DNA of 64,000 nt. Origin: Oligoflexales bacterium. Lineage in GTDB: Bacteria > Myxococcota_A > UBA9042 > DTJE01. The stretch spans positions 14,907 to 78,906 of the forward strand of contig DUVQ01000121.1 in NCBI GenBank assembly GCA_012840965.1, read 5' to 3'. A program made the translations under genes and the position numbers. The notes below the pieces were generated by a model that saw only the letters and a program-made list of their open reading frames with translations, was not told the DNA's origin and made no database searches. Shown here one piece after another: positions 17,827 through 28,998 of this stretch (the stretch's first letter is position 1; each line of letters opens with the position of its first letter).

Positions 17827-18378
17827 ATGACTTCACTACCGGCGATTGCTTTGATTGAGCTGACTTCCATTGCTCGTGGCGTAGTAGCCTCAGATGCCAT
17901 GGCTAAAACGGCCCCAGTCAAGCTACTTCAGTCCCAGACGATATGTCCAGGCAAATACCTGATAGTCGTAGGCGGCGGCGAAGACCCTGTAAGAGAGGCT
18001 TTTCAGGTCGGCCTACACTACGCTGGCCAGTATCTAGTCGACCACCTTGTAATTCCAAACTTACATCCCCAAGTGCTACCAGCTCTGGCAGCGATGCAGC
18101 CTCTCCAAAAGCTGGAGTCAGTCGGAATCATAGAGACATTCTCTGCAGCAGCAACCGTTTTAGCCGCCGACGCAGCCTGCAAGGCCGCAGAGATCACCCT
18201 AATCGAGCTGCGCCTAGGCAACGGACTAGGCGGAAAAGCCTACCTGACCCTATCAGGCGAACAGTTCTCAGTAGAAGCCGCCCTAAGCGCCGGAGTCGAT
18301 GCAATAGCATCCGGCCTGTTGCTAAGGTCCGAGCTAATCCCAGCCCCCCACCAAGACATGGGCAGGGCTTTGTTGTAG
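17827..18378 (+). CDS. pduT: PduT-like tandem-BMC-domain shell protein (BMC-T) with a conserved cluster-binding Cys
   Basis: Two canonical BMC domains (IALIELTSIARGVVASDAMAKTAPVKLL...; VGIIETFSAAATVLAADAACKAAEITLIEL). The Cys in TICPGKY aligns with the Salmonella PduT [4Fe-4S] ligand (TICPGKF). Confidence 0.8.
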   Translation: MTSLPAIALIELTSIARGVVASDAMAKTAPVKLLQSQTICPGKYLIVVGGGEDPVREAFQVGLHYAGQYLVDHLVIPNLHPQVLPALAAMQPLQKLESVGIIETFSAAATVLAADAACKAAEITLIELRLGNGLGGKAYLTLSGEQFSVEAALSAGVDAIASGLLLRSELIPAPHQDMGRALL

Positions 18379-18412
18379 AGGCGGGGACAGAGGCAGGGAC
18401 AGGGACAGGGAG
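18379..18412. repeat. G-rich hexamer tract (GGCGGGGACAGAGGCAGGGACAGGGACAGGGAG)
   Basis: Direct reading. Adjacent to conserved element copy B. Confidence 0.75.
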
Positions 18413-18418
18413 ATGATC

Positions 18419-18484
18419 GTGGTGATCTGCAGGATTTGGAGCTAAAAAGAGGTCGAGAGGGCACCCAGCAACATGGTCCGGGGC
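18419..18484. repeat. Copy B of the ~65 nt conserved intergenic element
   Basis: GTGGTGATCTGCAGGATTTGGAGCTAAAAAGAGGTCGAGAGGGCACCCAGCAACATGGTCCGGGG, compared with 10117-10182. Confidence 0.75.
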
Positions 18485-18623
18485 AGGGCCAGGGAGACGT
18501 TTCTACAGGTTTTGAACATAAGCTCTGCATTTATGAACGAATCGTTGACAAGCTAGCCGATATGATGCATCATACTCGGCCCGGACTACTTTTCCGCCGG
18601 GAATCAGCCGAAAAAAAAAGAGG

Positions 18624-18651
18624 TTGACATTTACCTTCATGGGTATAGAAT
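18624..18651 (+). promoter_or_regulatory. Candidate sigma70 promoter of the str operon: -35 TTGACA (18624-18629), 16 nt spacer, -10 TAGAAT (18646-18651), preceded by an A9 tract
   Basis: Consensus -35, good -10, about 58 nt upstream of rpsL. Confidence 0.5.
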
Positions 18652-18708
18652 ATCGTGCCCTTTGGTTTGAGTAACCAAAAGGCTTGGGTTTTGGGAATTT
18701 AGGAGTCC

Positions 18709-19092
18709 TTGATGCCGACTATCAATCAACTGGTAAGAAAAGGGCGGACGATCCGCAGACTTAAAACTAAGTCGCCAGCTTTGCAGTCTTGCCCAATGCG
18801 CCGAGGTGTCTGCACGCGTGTCTACACAACCACGCCAAAGAAACCAAACTCGGCTATGCGAAAGGTTGCTAAGGTTCGTCTGACTAACGGTTTTGAAGTC
18901 ATCGCCTATATTCCAGGCGAAGGTCATAACCTTAGTGAACACTCCCAGGTGATGGTCCGTGGCGGTAGGGTCAAGGACCTTCCTGGTGTTCGTTATCACA
19001 TTATTCGTGGAACGATGGATGCGAAGGGTGTGGATAAGCGTCGTCGTAGTCGTTCTAAGTATGGCGCCAAGCAGCCCAAGGGCGTGAAGTAG
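18709..19092 (+). CDS. rpsL: 30S ribosomal protein S12
   Basis: [12 protein letters not shown]... with the conserved PKKPNSA motif. Confidence 0.95.
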   Translation: MMPTINQLVRKGRTIRRLKTKSPALQSCPMRRGVCTRVYTTTPKKPNSAMRKVAKVRLTNGFEVIAYIPGEGHNLSEHSQVMVRGGRVKDLPGVRYHIIRGTMDAKGVDKRRRSRSKYGAKQPKGVK

Positions 19093-19108
19093 TCAAGGGA
19101 GGCGATTA

Positions 19109-19579
19109 ATGCCCAGGCGTAGAGAAGTCCCAGTTCGTGAGGTTTTGCCAGATTCGCGGTACAACGACTGGTTGGTGGCAAAGTTTGTAAATCACTTGAT
19201 GTACAAAGGCAAAAAGGCCGTTGCGGAAAAGTTGTTTTACGACTCCATGGACCTGATTGCGCGTAAGACAAAAGAAGATCCCTTGAAAATCTTCAAACGC
19301 GCCGTTGAAAACGTGAAGCCGCAGGTGGAGGTCAAGTCAAGGCGCGTCGGTGGTGCGACCTATCAGGTACCCGTCGAAATTCGCCCTGAAAGAAAGACTG
19401 CCCTTGCAATCCGTTGGTTGCTGTCTTTTTCTCGCAAGCGTTCGGAGAAGGGCATGATCAACAAGCTGTCATCGGAAATCATCGACGCCTTCAACGGTCG
19501 TGGAAACGCGATCAAGAAGCGTGACGATACCCACCGTATGGCAGAGGCAAACAAGGCTTTCGCTCATTATCGTTGGTAG
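19109..19579 (+). CDS. rpsG: 30S ribosomal protein S7
   Basis: [20 protein letters not shown]... 156 aa. Confidence 0.95.
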   Translation: MPRRREVPVREVLPDSRYNDWLVAKFVNHLMYKGKKAVAEKLFYDSMDLIARKTKEDPLKIFKRAVENVKPQVEVKSRRVGGATYQVPVEIRPERKTALAIRWLLSFSRKRSEKGMINKLSSEIIDAFNGRGNAIKKRDDTHRMAEANKAFAHYRW

Positions 19580-19599
19580 TATTGTAAGGAGTGCCTTTC

Positions 19600-21693
19600 G
19601 TGGCCAAGAAGGTGGATATAAGTTTGGTTCGTAATATCGGCATCATGGCCCACATTGATGCTGGTAAGACGACTACAACCGAACGAATCCTGTTTTTCAC
19701 AGGAGTGTCTCATCGTTTAGGCAACGTAGACTCCGGCGATACCCAGATGGATTGGATGGACCAGGAGCAGGAGCGAGGAATTACCATCACCTCTGCAGCT
19801 AACACCTGTTTCTGGGATGGACGTCAGATCAATGTCATCGACACTCCCGGCCACGTTGATTTCACCGTTGAAGTCGAGCGTTCTTTGCGTGTGCTGGATG
19901 GTGGCGTCGTTGTTTTCTGTTCCGTCGGCGGAGTTCAGCCGCAGTCCGAAACTGTCTGGCGTCAAGCGAATCGTTACAAGGTCCCCAGAGTCGTCTTTGT
20001 CAACAAGATGGACCGCACGGGGGCCGATTTTAATAAAGTGGTAGGTCAGGTTCGAAGCAGACTGCGTGCCAGGGCTGTCCCAATCCAGATACCCATTGGT
20101 AAAGAGTCCGCTTTCAAGGGTGTTGTCGACTTGATTACGATGAAAGCCCTTGTCTGGGGTGATGGACTGGATCATACATTCGTCGAGACCGAAATACCTG
20201 AAGACTACTTAGCCAGTGCTAAAGCTGCCAGGTCCGAAATGTTGGAAGTGGCCGTTGAATTCGACGAAGCGGTCATGGAGAGATACCTTGAAGGGATCCT
20301 GCCAACAAACGAGGAAATCGTCGAGGGACTGCGCAAGGGCACATTGGCGAACCAAATAGTTCCAGTTTTGTGTGGCTCAGCCTTCCGCAACAAGGGAATT
20401 CAGCCCCTGTTGGACGCAGTTGTTCAATATCTGCCTTCCCCCTTGGATATGCCACCAGTTTCGGGAATTGATCCCATCAAATCTAACGGGGAGCTTGTTC
20501 ATGCAGAGCGAAAGCCGACCACGTCAGAGCCGTTGGCCGCTATCGCATTTAAGCTGATGAACGACCCTTATGTCGGGCAGCTTACCTTTGTTCGGGTTTA
20601 TTCTGGTGTGTTCCAGGCAGGCAGTTATGTCCTTAATGCCGGGCAAAATCAGCGTGAACGTGCGGTTAGGCTTTATCGGATTCATGCGAACAAACGTGAA
20701 GAGGTAAGCGAGGTATATGCTGGGGATATCGTCGGTGTGGTTGGATTCAAGACCACTGTAACTGGTGATACGATCTGCGATCCGGAAGCGCCCATTTTGC
20801 TTGAATCTGTAGATTTCCCAGATCCGGTCGTAGAAGTGGCCTTAGAAGCGGCATCCAAGAGCGATACTGAAAAGCTGTTTGCGTCGCTGCGACGTTTAGC
20901 GCTGGAAGATCCAACATTTAAGTTCAAGATTCATGAAGAGACTGGTCAGACAATAGTTGCAGGCATGGGTGAATTGCATCTGGAGATTTTGGTCACCAGA
21001 ATGCAAAGGGAGTTCAATGTTGATGCGCGTGTCGGTCGTCCACAGGTCGCTTACCGTGAGACGGTTACCAGGCCTAGTGAATCCACTATTAAGTACGTTA
21101 AACAAACCGGTGGGCATGGTCAGTATGCTCATGTGGTAATGAAGATTGAGCCTTTACCTCGCAATTCTGGGATTCAGTTTGAAGACGCTACAGTTGGTGG
21201 CAGTGTGCCAAAGGAGTACATTCCTGCGGTAGAACGGGGCGTGCGTGATGCGGCTTCCAACGGTGTTTTGGCTGGATTTCCAGTTGTTGATTGCAAGGTA
21301 ACACTGGTCGATGGCTCGTATCATGAGGTTGACTCCTCTGAAATGGCTTTTCGGGCCGCGGGAACAATGGCCCTAAAGGATCTGGTCGCCCGTGGCCAGC
21401 CTATTTTATTAGAGCCTGTAATGTTGCTCGAAGTCCTGGTCCCAAGTGAATACATTGGGGATGTGTTGGGTAATCTATCGACCAGACGCGCTCGCGTGGT
21501 GAAGATGGAAACCCAAGAAGACGGGACTCAAGCGGTCGGGGCCGAGGCTCCGTTAGGTGAGATGTTTGGGTACGTGACTGACCTTCGGTCGTTGTCGCAG
21601 GGTAGGGGAATCCAGACGATGGAGTTCCTGCACTATGCCCCAGCACCGCAGGCTATCCAGACACGCGTGATCAACGCTGGGAGGATGATCTAG
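19600..21693 (+). CDS. fusA: Elongation factor G
   Basis: GTPase motifs [21 protein letters not shown]; EF-G domains II-V. GTG start with an AAGGAG RBS (the ORF track starts at 19591). Confidence 0.95.
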   Translation: MAKKVDISLVRNIGIMAHIDAGKTTTTERILFFTGVSHRLGNVDSGDTQMDWMDQEQERGITITSAANTCFWDGRQINVIDTPGHVDFTVEVERSLRVLDGGVVVFCSVGGVQPQSETVWRQANRYKVPRVVFVNKMDRTGADFNKVVGQVRSRLRARAVPIQIPIGKESAFKGVVDLITMKALVWGDGLDHTFVETEIPEDYLASAKAARSEMLEVAVEFDEAVMERYLEGILPTNEEIVEGLRKGTLANQIVPVLCGSAFRNKGIQPLLDAVVQYLPSPLDMPPVSGIDPIKSNGELVHAERKPTTSEPLAAIAFKLMNDPYVGQLTFVRVYSGVFQAGSYVLNAGQNQRERAVRLYRIHANKREEVSEVYAGDIVGVVGFKTTVTGDTICDPEAPILLESVDFPDPVVEVALEAASKSDTEKLFASLRRLALEDPTFKFKIHEETGQTIVAGMGELHLEILVTRMQREFNVDARVGRPQVAYRETVTRPSESTIKYVKQTGGHGQYAHVVMKIEPLPRNSGIQFEDATVGGSVPKEYIPAVERGVRDAASNGVLAGFPVVDCKVTLVDGSYHEVDSSEMAFRAAGTMALKDLVARGQPILLEPVMLLEVLVPSEYIGDVLGNLSTRRARVVKMETQEDGTQAVGAEAPLGEMFGYVTDLRSLSQGRGIQTMEFLHYAPAPQAIQTRVINAGRMI

Positions 21694-21694
21694 C

Positions 21695-22003
21695 ATGGCA
21701 ACTCAGAGGATTCGTATCCGGCTGAAGGCCTATGACCACAAGATCCTCGACCAATCGGTTGGGGAGATTATCGCTACGGTCAAAAAGACTGATGCGAAGG
21801 TGGCAGGGCCTATTCCATTGCCGACCAAAATTAGTCGTTATACCGTGCTGCGTTCGCCGCACGTGGATAAAAAGAGCAGGGAACAGTTCGAAATCCGCAC
21901 TCACAAGCGGTTGATCGATATTCTGGACCCAACTTTGCAGACGCTGGACGCTTTGACAAAACTCGACCTTAGTCCTGGTGTGGACGTCGAGATCAAGGCT
22001 TGA
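21695..22003 (+). CDS. rpsJ: 30S ribosomal protein S10
   Basis: [16 protein letters not shown]...VDVEIKA. Confidence 0.95.
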   Translation: MATQRIRIRLKAYDHKILDQSVGEIIATVKKTDAKVAGPIPLPTKISRYTVLRSPHVDKKSREQFEIRTHKRLIDILDPTLQTLDALTKLDLSPGVDVEIKA

Positions 22004-22020
22004 TTCGAGGCGAGGGGGAC

Positions 22021-22641
22021 ATGCCTAATTTGGATGTTTTTGACCTCGGGCGTAAGAAGGTCGGTTCAATCGACCTTTCTGACGCTGTGTTTGGAGCGGA
22101 ATCACGACCGCATCTTTATCACCAGGTGGTGAGAGCTCAGCTGCTTTCAAAGCGAGCTGGCACCTCCAAGACGAAGAAGCGCGGTGAAGTGTCCGGTTCA
22201 ACCAGGAAGGTTTATCGGCAAAAGGGAACTGGGCGTGCACGTCACGGCGACAGCCGCTCACCACTGTTTAAGCGTGGTGGAACCGTATTCGGCCCAATTC
22301 CAAAGGAATGGGACGTCAAGGTGCCCAAGAAGGTTAAGAGAGCAGCTCTTGTTTCTGCTTTGTCAGATCGTGTTCGCGAAGGACACGTCTGGATTTTGGA
22401 CAAAGCCGAGCTAGAGCAGGCCAAAACCAAACGCATTGCCGAGCTGATGGCCCGCTTTGAGGTTGGTAGTGTTTTATTCGTCGATGTTGACAACAGGAAC
22501 CTGTCGCTGTCTTGCAGAAATCTGCCAACAGCCAAGTACCTGTCAAGTCGCGGATTGAACCTGTTTGACGTGTTGAAGTACGACCACCTCATCTTAACGA
22601 AGGGTGCCGTCGAGGCAATCGAAGGAGCGCTGACGACATGA
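22021..22641 (+). CDS. rplD: 50S ribosomal protein L4
   Basis: [10 protein letters not shown] signature. Follows rpsJ directly with no rplC between. Confidence 0.9.
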   Translation: MPNLDVFDLGRKKVGSIDLSDAVFGAESRPHLYHQVVRAQLLSKRAGTSKTKKRGEVSGSTRKVYRQKGTGRARHGDSRSPLFKRGGTVFGPIPKEWDVKVPKKVKRAALVSALSDRVREGHVWILDKAELEQAKTKRIAELMARFEVGSVLFVDVDNRNLSLSCRNLPTAKYLSSRGLNLFDVLKYDHLILTKGAVEAIEGALTT

Positions 22642-22928
22642 AGAGCCCTTATGATGTGATTCGTCGCCCTCTCATCACCGAGAAGGCGAATTTGGACAAG
22701 GAGCGTCGTAACACCTACCACTTTGAGGTGCCGGTGGTCGCTGATCGCCAGGAAATCAAAGAGGCTGTTGAACGTGTTTTCAACGTAAAGGTGGACACTG
22801 TTAGGACCCTTATCGTTCGCGGTAAGTTGGTTCGCAGAGGACGCACTTTTGGAAGACGACCCAGTTGGAAAAAGGCGATTGTAACCCTTCGAGAAGGGGA
22901 TTACATCGATCTTTTCGAAGGGATGTAA
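22638..22928 (+). CDS. rplW: 50S ribosomal protein L23
   Basis: Position in operon and L23-like sequence (YDVIRRPLITEKA). Confidence 0.9.
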   Translation: MKSPYDVIRRPLITEKANLDKERRNTYHFEVPVVADRQEIKEAVERVFNVKVDTVRTLIVRGKLVRRGRTFGRRPSWKKAIVTLREGDYIDLFEGM

Positions 22929-22952
22929 CCGCGTATTCGCAGGGAGCGGACG

Positions 22953-23777
22953 ATGGGTATCATCAAGTACAAGCCAACTTCGCCAGGCCGTCGGGCCATG
23001 TATGGGGCGGATTTCTCCGATATTACGAGGGGAACTCCTGAAAAATCCCTGACGACCCACACGACCGGCAAGGCTGGACGAAATAGTGCTGGACGCATAA
23101 CCTCTCGCCATCGTGGCGGTGGGCATAAGCGTCGCTATCGTATTATCGATTTCAAGCGCGACAAGGTTGGGATTCCAGCCAAGATTGCACAGATCGAATA
23201 CGATCCTTATCGCAGCGCCAGAATTGCACTTTTGCACTATGTTGATGGCGAGAAACGCTACATCTTGGCGCCTCGTGAGTGCAAGGTTGGTGACACTGTG
23301 GTGGCGTCGCCACACGCAGACATTCTGCCTGGCAACTGTCTTCCTTTGAAGGCTATTCCCCAGGGGACCCTGATTCACAACATCGAGTTAAAAATCGGTG
23401 GCGGTGGCAAGATGGTTCGAGCCGCTGGTGGATCTGCAAACCTGATGGCCCTTGAGGGTGGATATGCTCTTTTGAGGCTCCCCTCTGGTGAGCTTCGAAA
23501 GGTCAGGGAAGAGTGTCGTGCCACTATCGGCGACCTGTCCAATGGCGATCACGAGAATATGTCGATCGGTAAGGCTGGAAGGAATCGCTGGAAAGGTATC
23601 CGGCCTCAGTCCCGTGGCGTTGTCATGAACCCAGTTGATCACCCAATGGGTGGTGGTGAGGGTAAGACGTCGGGTGGGCGCCACCCAGTTACGCCTTGGG
23701 GTAAGCCGACCAAGGGCTATCGTACGCGCCAAAACAAGCGTACGGATAAATTGATTGTTAAACGGCGCAAAAAGTGA
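22953..23777 (+). CDS. rplB: 50S ribosomal protein L2
   Basis: 274 aa; [15 protein letters not shown]; [11 protein letters not shown]. Confidence 0.95.
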   Translation: MGIIKYKPTSPGRRAMYGADFSDITRGTPEKSLTTHTTGKAGRNSAGRITSRHRGGGHKRRYRIIDFKRDKVGIPAKIAQIEYDPYRSARIALLHYVDGEKRYILAPRECKVGDTVVASPHADILPGNCLPLKAIPQGTLIHNIELKIGGGGKMVRAAGGSANLMALEGGYALLRLPSGELRKVREECRATIGDLSNGDHENMSIGKAGRNRWKGIRPQSRGVVMNPVDHPMGGGEGKTSGGRHPVTPWGKPTKGYRTRQNKRTDKLIVKRRKK

Positions 23778-23792
23778 CGGACGGAGTGAATA

Positions 23793-24083
23793 ATGCCTAG
23801 GTCAGTAAAAAAAGGACCGTTTATAGACAGCCATTTGGTTGAAAAGATCGAGCAGCAGCTTCGGTCTGGTCAGAAGAAATCGATTAAGACGTGGTCGCGT
23901 CGGTCGGTTATCTTGCCAGAAATGGTGGGGTTAAATTTTGCGGTACACAACGGTAAGAAATTTATACCTGTTTTCGTATCGGAAAATATGGTCGGACATA
24001 AGTTAGGTGAATTTGCTCCTACGCGCACTTTCCACAGCCACGCTGGCGATAAGAAAGGCAAGATGGCGAAGGGTAAGAAGTAA
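23793..24083 (+). CDS. rpsS: 30S ribosomal protein S19
   Basis: [12 protein letters not shown]... Confidence 0.95.
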   Translation: MPRSVKKGPFIDSHLVEKIEQQLRSGQKKSIKTWSRRSVILPEMVGLNFAVHNGKKFIPVFVSENMVGHKLGEFAPTRTFHSHAGDKKGKMAKGKK

Positions 24084-24095
24084 GAGGTGGGACCG

Positions 24096-24440
24096 ATGGA
24101 AGGGCATGTCGTTAAAGCCACCGCTCGTTGGGTCAGGATGGCGCCTAGAAAGGTTCGCCACGTGGCCGATGTGATTCGCGGCAAGCGCGTTGATGAAGCT
24201 AGTGCAATCCTGTCGTTCGTGCCACGGCGAGCAGTTCTGCCAGTAAAGAAGGTTTTGAACTCGGCTGTGGATCAGGCAAGGCAGGCCGGTAATTTTGATT
24301 TGGATAACCTGTACGTAAAGGAAATTTACGTTGATAAGGGGCCTTCCATCAAGAGGACCTTAAGCAGAGCACGCGGAATGGTTAACCGAATTGATAAGTT
24401 TACGAGCCACATAACTGTGGTTCTGGGCGAGTTGGACTAG
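24096..24440 (+). CDS. rplV: 50S ribosomal protein L22
   Basis: L22-like sequence. ATG with a GAGGTGG RBS (the ORF track uses a GTG at 24087). Confidence 0.9.
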   Translation: MEGHVVKATARWVRMAPRKVRHVADVIRGKRVDEASAILSFVPRRAVLPVKKVLNSAVDQARQAGNFDLDNLYVKEIYVDKGPSIKRTLSRARGMVNRIDKFTSHITVVLGELD

Positions 24441-24449
24441 GAGGGTACC

Positions 24450-25079
24450 TTGGGCCAGAAAACTCATCCGGTGGGATTTCGGATCCCCTACATCAAGACT
24501 TGGAACTCGCGTTGGTATGCAGATAAGCACTACGGGGCGTGGGCTGGCGAGGACAAGAAGATCCGTGAAACCGTCCGGAAAAGGATGGGCTTGGCTGGGA
24601 TCTCATCTGTTCAGATTGAGCGCACCGCCAATCGTGTGAAGGTCTATATATTTACCGCTCGGCCTGGCATTGCCATTGGTCAGAAAGGTAAAAATATTGA
24701 GGATTTGAAGCGTGAGCTGACTCGCCTTACTTCTTTGGAAGTTGTGCCCTTTATTCAAGAGGTGCGAAAGGCAGAGCTTGATGCTCAGCTGGTTGCCGAA
24801 TCGATTTCGCAGCAGTTGGAGCGGCGCGTTTCTTTCAGGCGTGCTACCAAGCGGGCCATATCTCAGGCCATGAAAGTTGGGGCAAAGGGTATTAGAGTTC
24901 GTTGCTCAGGTCGGCTTGGCGGAGCTGAAATGGCCCGAGTGCTGACTGATCGTGAGGGGCAGGTCCCATTGCATACCCTGAGGGCAGACATCGATTACGG
25001 TTTGGCAGAAGCCAACACGACTTATGGTGTGATTGGTGTCAAGGTCTGGGTTTACAAGGGCGATATCCTTAAGAAATAA
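24450..25079 (+). CDS. rpsC: 30S ribosomal protein S3
   Basis: [12 protein letters not shown]...; KH domain; TTG start with a GGAGGG RBS. Confidence 0.9.
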   Translation: MGQKTHPVGFRIPYIKTWNSRWYADKHYGAWAGEDKKIRETVRKRMGLAGISSVQIERTANRVKVYIFTARPGIAIGQKGKNIEDLKRELTRLTSLEVVPFIQEVRKAELDAQLVAESISQQLERRVSFRRATKRAISQAMKVGAKGIRVRCSGRLGGAEMARVLTDREGQVPLHTLRADIDYGLAEANTTYGVIGVKVWVYKGDILKK

Positions 25080-25143
25080 GTAAGGCCGCGGCCAGCAGGC
25101 TGCGGAACCGAGCGTCCGTTGGGATGCGAAATGGAGGCGGAAG

Positions 25144-25560
25144 ATGCTTTCCCCCAAACGAGTAAAACATCGTAAGGTCCAAAAGGGCAGGATGACTGGG
25201 ATGGCCTATCGCGGGTCAGATGTCTCTTTTGGTGACTACGGCCTGCAGGCTACCGAATGTGGTTGGGTGACTGCACGCCAGATTGAGGCGGCGCGTGTCG
25301 CTATTAACCGATATGTCAGGCGTGGTGGAAAACTGTGGATCCGCGTTTTCCCCGATAAGCCAATCCCGAAGAAGCCGCTTGAAACCAGAATGGGGCGTGG
25401 TAAGGGAGCACCCGACCAATGGGTAGTGGTTATTAGGCCCGGTCGCGTCCTTTATGAAATTGAGGGTGTTGATGAGGCGACGGCGAGGGAAGCCTTTAGG
25501 CTGGCCAGCCATAAGTTGCCCATTCAGACCACGTTTTTGAAGCGGGGAGAGATTCGATGA
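25144..25560 (+). CDS. rplP: 50S ribosomal protein L16
   Basis: [19 protein letters not shown]... Confidence 0.95.
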   Translation: MLSPKRVKHRKVQKGRMTGMAYRGSDVSFGDYGLQATECGWVTARQIEAARVAINRYVRRGGKLWIRVFPDKPIPKKPLETRMGRGKGAPDQWVVVIRPGRVLYEIEGVDEATAREAFRLASHKLPIQTTFLKRGEIR

Positions 25561-25766
25561 AGGCCTATAAGACTGAAGAGCTTCGCAGCTTGACGGATGA
25601 AGAGTTGATCAGACGCGAGCAGTCACTTAGGAAGACTCTGTTTGACTTCCGGATGAAACTCGCGGTTGGCCAGTTGACCAAGTTTGCAGACATTACTGCT
25701 ACGAAGCGCAACCTGGCCCGCGTTTTGACTGAGTTACAACACCGGCGTGCCGGGCTTTCAGGTTAA
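25557..25766 (+). CDS. rpmC: 50S ribosomal protein L29
   Basis: 69 aa, overlapping start; L29-like. Confidence 0.85.
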   Translation: MKAYKTEELRSLTDEELIRREQSLRKTLFDFRMKLAVGQLTKFADITATKRNLARVLTELQHRRAGLSG

Positions 25767-25777
25767 TGAGGTAAGAG

Positions 25778-26047
25778 ATGGAAGATAACACCATCGTAAA
25801 GACCCAGCGGACCTTTACTGGTAAGGTTAGCAGCGTGTCTGGTGAAAAATCCGTACTGGTTGAAGTCGCAAGACGTTTTCAACATGCGCGGTACCATAAA
25901 GTTATTACCAGGAAAACCCGGTATATGGCTCATGATGAGAGCAGCAGCTGCGCAGTTGGCGACGTTGTGGAAATCGAGGAATGCCGTCCTTTGTCCGCGA
26001 GGAAGCGTTGGCGCGTTGTTAGGACCCTGACAAAGGCCGCTATTTAG
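25778..26047 (+). CDS. rpsQ: 30S ribosomal protein S17
   Basis: 89 aa, OB-fold S17 sequence. Confidence 0.9.
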   Translation: MEDNTIVKTQRTFTGKVSSVSGEKSVLVEVARRFQHARYHKVITRKTRYMAHDESSSCAVGDVVEIEECRPLSARKRWRVVRTLTKAAI

Positions 26048-26093
26048 GTGGCGGTAGTTTTGGGTTGATTTGGAACGCTAGTAGAGGTGGGTG

Positions 26094-26462
26094 ATGATCC
26101 AGACTGAATCCTCTTTGATATCGGCTGACAACTCTGGCGCGAAGCGCTTGAAGGTTATCCGAGTGCTTGGTGGAACTAGGCGGCGCTACGCGACGGTTGG
26201 TGACGTTGTTGTCGCATCGGTCAAAGAAGCAATGCCAAGATCCAAGGTAAAAAAAGGCGACGTCGTTAAGTGCGTTATTGTCCGTACTGCCAAAGAGGTT
26301 GGGCGACCGGACGGGACATACATTCGCTTCGACCAGAATGCGGCTGTCGTTATCAATGCCGCGTTTGAGCCAATTGGTACTCGAATCTTTGGGCCAGTTG
26401 CCCGAGAGTTGAGGGCGAAGCGGTTTATGAAAATCGTATCGCTGGCACCGGAGGTAATTTAA
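26094..26462 (+). CDS. rplN: 50S ribosomal protein L14
   Basis: [18 protein letters not shown]... Confidence 0.95.
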   Translation: MIQTESSLISADNSGAKRLKVIRVLGGTRRRYATVGDVVVASVKEAMPRSKVKKGDVVKCVIVRTAKEVGRPDGTYIRFDQNAAVVINAAFEPIGTRIFGPVARELRAKRFMKIVSLAPEVI

Positions 26463-26463
26463 C

Positions 26464-26781
26464 ATGCAAAAGATTCGCAAAGGCGATGAAGTAATTGTAT
26501 TGCGTGGCCGCGATCATGGTCGTAAGGGCAAGGTGCTTAGCGTCGATGGCGACAAGGCTATCGTTGACAACATCAACGTAGTCAAGCGACACAGCCGGCG
26601 TCAAGCTAATAACCTGCATGGTGGGATCACCGATAAATCAGCTCCTGTGCCGTTATCAGCTCTGGCTTTGGTCAGCAAAAAAGATGGCAAGGCAGTTCGT
26701 GTTCGGTTTGAGACCCGCGAAACTGCAGGTAAAGTTCGCAAGGTTCGCGTAGCAACACGCACAAACGAAGTTTTCGAATAG
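26464..26781 (+). CDS. rplX: 50S ribosomal protein L24
   Basis: [22 protein letters not shown]; KOW domain. Confidence 0.9.
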   Translation: MQKIRKGDEVIVLRGRDHGRKGKVLSVDGDKAIVDNINVVKRHSRRQANNLHGGITDKSAPVPLSALALVSKKDGKAVRVRFETRETAGKVRKVRVATRTNEVFE

Positions 26782-26806
26782 GCGTAAGGGCCGCAGGTGG
26801 CATGAC

Positions 26807-27361
26807 ATGACCAGATTAAAGAAAAAATACGATGCTGAAATCGTGCCGGAACTGATGAAGCAGTTCAACTATGCAAACCCAATGCAGGTTCCAAGGGTGC
26901 TGAAGGTATCGGTAAACATGGGGATGGGTGAGGCCACTCAAAACCCCAAAATGATTGATACTGCCGTGGCGGAGCTGACCGCGATTACGGGTCAGAAGCC
27001 AGTGATCACTAAAAGTCGGAAGTCTATCGCCGCTTTTAAGGTCAGGGCTGGTATGAATGTAGGCGTGTCAGTGACACTTCGAGGTGATCGGATGTACGAA
27101 TTCCTGGATCGCCTTTTGAACGTCGCGCTGCCTCGTGTTCGAGACTTTAGGGGTGTTTCCACCAAGGCCTTTGATGGGCATGGTGACTACACTTTGGGTA
27201 TTCGCGAACAGATCATTTTCCCTGAAATTGACTACGACAAGGTCGAAAAGCTAAAGGGGATGAATGTCACGATTTGTACTAGTGCAAAAACTGATGAAGA
27301 GGCATTCGCTTTGCTGAAGGGCTTTGGCATGCCTTTTAGAAAGACGGGCTCTGCTAGTTAA
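26807..27361 (+). CDS. rplE: 50S ribosomal protein L5
   Basis: 184 aa; L5 sequence. Confidence 0.95.
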   Translation: MTRLKKKYDAEIVPELMKQFNYANPMQVPRVLKVSVNMGMGEATQNPKMIDTAVAELTAITGQKPVITKSRKSIAAFKVRAGMNVGVSVTLRGDRMYEFLDRLLNVALPRVRDFRGVSTKAFDGHGDYTLGIREQIIFPEIDYDKVEKLKGMNVTICTSAKTDEEAFALLKGFGMPFRKTGSAS

Positions 27362-27373
27362 GGAGGATAGAGC

Positions 27374-27559
27374 GTGGCGAAAACATCGCTAAGAAACAAG
27401 GCAATTCGCAAGCCGAAATTCAAGGTTCGGGCGTATTCACGCTGCCCGCTCTGTGGAAGGCCCAGAGGCTATCTGCGCAAGTTCAATATGTGTAGAATCT
27501 GCTTTCGCAGTCTGGCTTTGAAGGGCGACCTTCCAGGTGTGATTAAGGCGAGCTGGTAG
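27374..27559 (+). CDS. rpsN: 30S ribosomal protein S14, zinc-binding type Z (61 aa)
   Basis: [22 protein letters not shown]. Confidence 0.9.
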   Translation: MAKTSLRNKAIRKPKFKVRAYSRCPLCGRPRGYLRKFNMCRICFRSLALKGDLPGVIKASW

Positions 27560-27569
27560 GAGGCGGACC

Positions 27570-27965
27570 ATGGTAAACGATCCTATTGGAGATATGCTGG
27601 CGCGCATCAAGAACGCGATTAATGCGGGCTTTGATTCGGTTGAGATACCTAATTCCAAGATGAAGCAGCGCATTGCCGAGATCTTAAAGGAGCAGGGCTA
27701 TATTGAGGATTTCTCAGTAATTGATGACCGGCTTCAGGGAATTTTGAAGCTGTATCTGCGCTATCAATACCAGCGGCGTAATGTGATTGTAGGGCTGAAA
27801 CGAATCAGTAAACCTGGTCGACGGGTGTATGTTGATAAAAACAACATCCCGTTGGTCCAAAGGGGCCTTGGTATAGCCATTCTTTCCACGTCCAGTGGGG
27901 TTATGGCTGATTCTGAAGCCAGGAAGCTAGGCGTTGGCGGCGAAGTGCTGCTATCGGTCTGGTAA
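27570..27965 (+). CDS. rpsH: 30S ribosomal protein S8
   Basis: MVNDPIGDMLARIKNA... Confidence 0.95.
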   Translation: MVNDPIGDMLARIKNAINAGFDSVEIPNSKMKQRIAEILKEQGYIEDFSVIDDRLQGILKLYLRYQYQRRNVIVGLKRISKPGRRVYVDKNNIPLVQRGLGIAILSTSSGVMADSEARKLGVGGEVLLSVW

Positions 27966-28046
27966 TACATTGAGTAGGGCTGCGGCCCGATGGGGTGGCG
28001 GAACCCCCGTGATGAGCGGGTGCGGAGACGTCGCTAGGAGGTCCAA

Positions 28047-28592
28047 GTGTCTAGGATTGGCAAAAAGCCGATTCAGATCCCTGCTGGGGTCGAAGTTAAG
28101 CTGTCGGGTGACGTGGTCAGCGTCAAGGGGCCGCTAGGGTCTTTGTCGCGGACTGTCGAAGGCGTTATCGTCGAGGTGAATTCCGGCGTAGTTAAGGTCA
28201 CTGCTGACGACGGTCATGCAAACGGCCGTGCTATGTGGGGGCTGATGCGCACCCTGATCGATAACATGGTTACTGGTGTAAGTACCGGGTTTTCTAAGAC
28301 ATTGACTATTTCTGGAACCGGTTATAAGGCTGAGGCTGCTGGCGATGGTAAGGCCTTGACCTTGTATTTGGGATATTCCAAGCCTGTTGAATATCCATTG
28401 CCGGCGGATGTCACCGGTGCAGTCGAAGATAGGAATCTGAAGATTGTTTTGCGCAGTATCAACAAGGAATCTCTTGGCGATACAGCCGCAAAGATTCGAG
28501 CATTACGACCTGTCGAGCCTTATAAGGGCAAGGGCGTAGCCTATCTTGGTGAGAAGGTTAGACGTAAAGCTGGTAAGGCCGGCATCAAGTAA
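28047..28592 (+). CDS. rplF: 50S ribosomal protein L6
   Basis: SRIGKKPIQIPAGVEV...; GTG start with a GGAGG RBS. Confidence 0.95.
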   Translation: MSRIGKKPIQIPAGVEVKLSGDVVSVKGPLGSLSRTVEGVIVEVNSGVVKVTADDGHANGRAMWGLMRTLIDNMVTGVSTGFSKTLTISGTGYKAEAAGDGKALTLYLGYSKPVEYPLPADVTGAVEDRNLKIVLRSINKESLGDTAAKIRALRPVEPYKGKGVAYLGEKVRRKAGKAGIK

Positions 28593-28607
28593 CCTCGGAG
28601 GCGCAAC

Positions 28608-28982
28608 GTGGAAGTTAGAGTAGCAAAACGTCGTAGACTGGCGCGTCTGAGCCGGAAGATTCGAATCCGCAAAAAGATTCGAGGGACCGAAGCGCGGCCG
28701 CGTTTAGTGATCTTCAGAAGTGCACGCCATATCGACGTGCAGGTTATCAATGATGATGCTGGCCACACGCTTGTAGCGGCATCTTCGCTATCTCCTGAGA
28801 TTAGAGATAGCTTAAAAGGTTTGAAAAAGATGGAAGTCGCGAAGAAAGTCGGCGCTTTGATTGCTGAACGCTGCAAGGCTAAAGGCATCGAAACGGTCGT
28901 CTTTGATCGAAACGGTTTCCTGTACCACGGCCGAGTAGCGGCCCTGGCCGATGCTGCCCGGGAAGCCGGCCTACAGTTCTGA
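28608..28982 (+). CDS. rplR: 50S ribosomal protein L18
   Basis: 124 aa; L18-like; GTG start. Confidence 0.9.
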   Translation: MEVRVAKRRRLARLSRKIRIRKKIRGTEARPRLVIFRSARHIDVQVINDDAGHTLVAASSLSPEIRDSLKGLKKMEVAKKVGALIAERCKAKGIETVVFDRNGFLYHGRVAALADAAREAGLQF

Positions 28983-28998
28983 TGACGGGGGAAAAGTC

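Noticed and set aside
22000-22020. Extended L4 start (MIRGEGD...) proposed by the ORF track
   Set aside because: The internal ATG at 22021 has a GGGGGA RBS and gives a canonical L4 N-terminus. The extension overlaps the rpsJ 3' end.
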